Shown here in pieces: positions 62,606-64,000 of a stretch of 64,000 nucleotides of DNA. Each line of letters begins with the position of its first letter. The first letter of the stretch is position 1. Location of the stretch: the NCBI GenBank assembly GCA_964016885.1, contig OZ024747.1, positions 28,892,001 through 28,956,000 of the forward strand. Direction: 5' to 3'. The notes under the pieces were generated by a model, which was not told where the DNA came from, did not search any database, and saw only the letters and a program-made list of their open reading frames with translations. This DNA is from Eledone cirrhosa. Taxonomy: Eukaryota. A program made the translations under genes and the position numbers.

Positions 62606-63303
62606 CGGTTGTCATTCAAGTTATACAATACATATGATTCTACTATATGTATGGTGTCACTCCTATCAGTAATTGTTTGTTTTGAACTCAATTACTTTCT
62701 ATCTTTTACATTGGATTTCGTGTCAAACCCCAAAATTCATCATCAGTGCCAGATTGATGCTCTAAGTCACTTCTATGGGCACTCGTTCACTCATGAGGTG
62801 AACTTATCCATGATGCAGTTGTGCCAGAGTCCTTCCGGAGATGTTGCAAATGGTGAGGTGAACAGATAAAAATGTGGATTGGCACAATCAAGTTGGATCT
62901 TGAGTTAATATCTGATCCTCACATATTTGGTATCCATTGCTGGATGTGTGGCTGGCTAACAATATCTACATTGGATATCATTGGATATCTGTTGATAGCA
63001 CTGGTTGGAGTTGGGTTCAACCCATCCTGGGTGAACATTGGCACAAGTACATCTTTACATTGATCTGAGATATTTCTTTTCCTTCACATTGTTTATAATT
63101 GCTTTTTGTCTTCATTTCAGTCTGGCATGATACAATCCAAAATTAATCTTCAATTATTTTTTTCCTAAATATTGTAATTTTCTATAATTATTAACTCTGT
63201 CCAATCTTTTTGGATGCATCACAATAATTTTTAGTTTTGTTTTGAATTATCATAATATATTTAAATTTTTGTACTTTAGGAGTGGGGTGTTATGCTACCA
63301 GTT

Positions 63304-63341
<38 letters not shown>

Positions 63342-63639
63342 ATTGCTATTATAATATAATTTTAATTATAGCTGGTTAGTTGTCCCTATAAGGCAAAGCT
63401 GCCTTATAGGGACACCTCCCTCTATATATAGTGAGTGAATGTGAGAGATTTTGTTTTGTCAGTCAGCTTGCTAGAAATAGCAGTTGTATCTCCCTCTAAT
63501 CACATCCTATTTTATTAACCCTTTTGATACCAAACTGTTTAAAAACGTTTTATGTAAGAAAATTTGTTGAGTTTCTTTCCAAATCAAATCAACCAAATTC
63601 CCACAACTAGTGCAGCTTGATGTTGAGGTGCTACCCTAG

Positions 63640-64000
63640 ATGCTTTCATAGTCAACTGTTGCCACTGATATCTATTTTCTGTCATGCATAGACGGGTCTT
63701 GGTATTGTGACTTGTCCAGTCTTTGATGTTGTCTGACAAGGATTTTCTTTGACTGCTTCTTCTTTGCCGACTCTTGACTGTGCTCTAATGATTGGTTTTA
63801 GATAGGGAGTCATGGCTGGATACATGACCAAACCATACCAACTTCCGTCTTTTCACCATTGCAAGAGGTGGTTCCTGTTTCCCAGCGTATTTGTTAACTT
63901 GTTGCCTGACAGAGTTGTTTGTTCTGTGCTCTACGTACAGGATGTGTAGCAACCTTCTGAAGATCGAATGCTTGCATTTTTCATTCCATCTCAGCTGTAA
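63640..64000 (-). pseudogene. 3' part of another RTE/BovB-like LINE ORF running off the window
   Basis: Minus-strand translation RRLLHILYVEHRTNNSVR...VKRRKLVWFGHVSSHDSLSKTI. Confidence 0.75.

Noticed and set aside
62700-63060. Possible exon or decayed LINE C-terminus
   Set aside because: No sustained frame or motif that I can support.

Overview
AT-rich eukaryotic genomic DNA; the repeat style suggests a cephalopod such as Octopus (inference only). No host protein-coding exon can be supported. From about 14.7 to 57 kb the window is a polarised (TA)n/TATG satellite field. It is broken into about 17 arrays by stacked mobile elements: a near-intact two-ORF CR1/L2-type LINE, 5'-truncated RTE-type LINEs of four families (labelled A-D here), Penelope-like remnants, tRNA-derived SINEs, a non-autonomous Helitron, a small non-autonomous LTR element and a MITE. 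A Tc1 relic lies just left of the field. Most notable: (1) a C4HC3 PHD-like finger inserted inside the RT of RTE families A-C; (2) minimal hammerhead ribozyme motifs in the Penelope terminal repeats; (3) a CR1-type LINE with a tandem-CCCH ORF1 and an apparent -1 frameshift signal into an ORF2 that lacks an upstream AUG; (4) an LTR element with an extended 32-nt tRNA-Trp PBS; (5) a chimeric SINE whose two LINE donors are both in the window; (6) uniform plus-strand A>G polarity across the satellite arrays. The long Ile/Tyr ORFs in the track are microsatellite artefacts. All family names come from motif recognition, not database searches.
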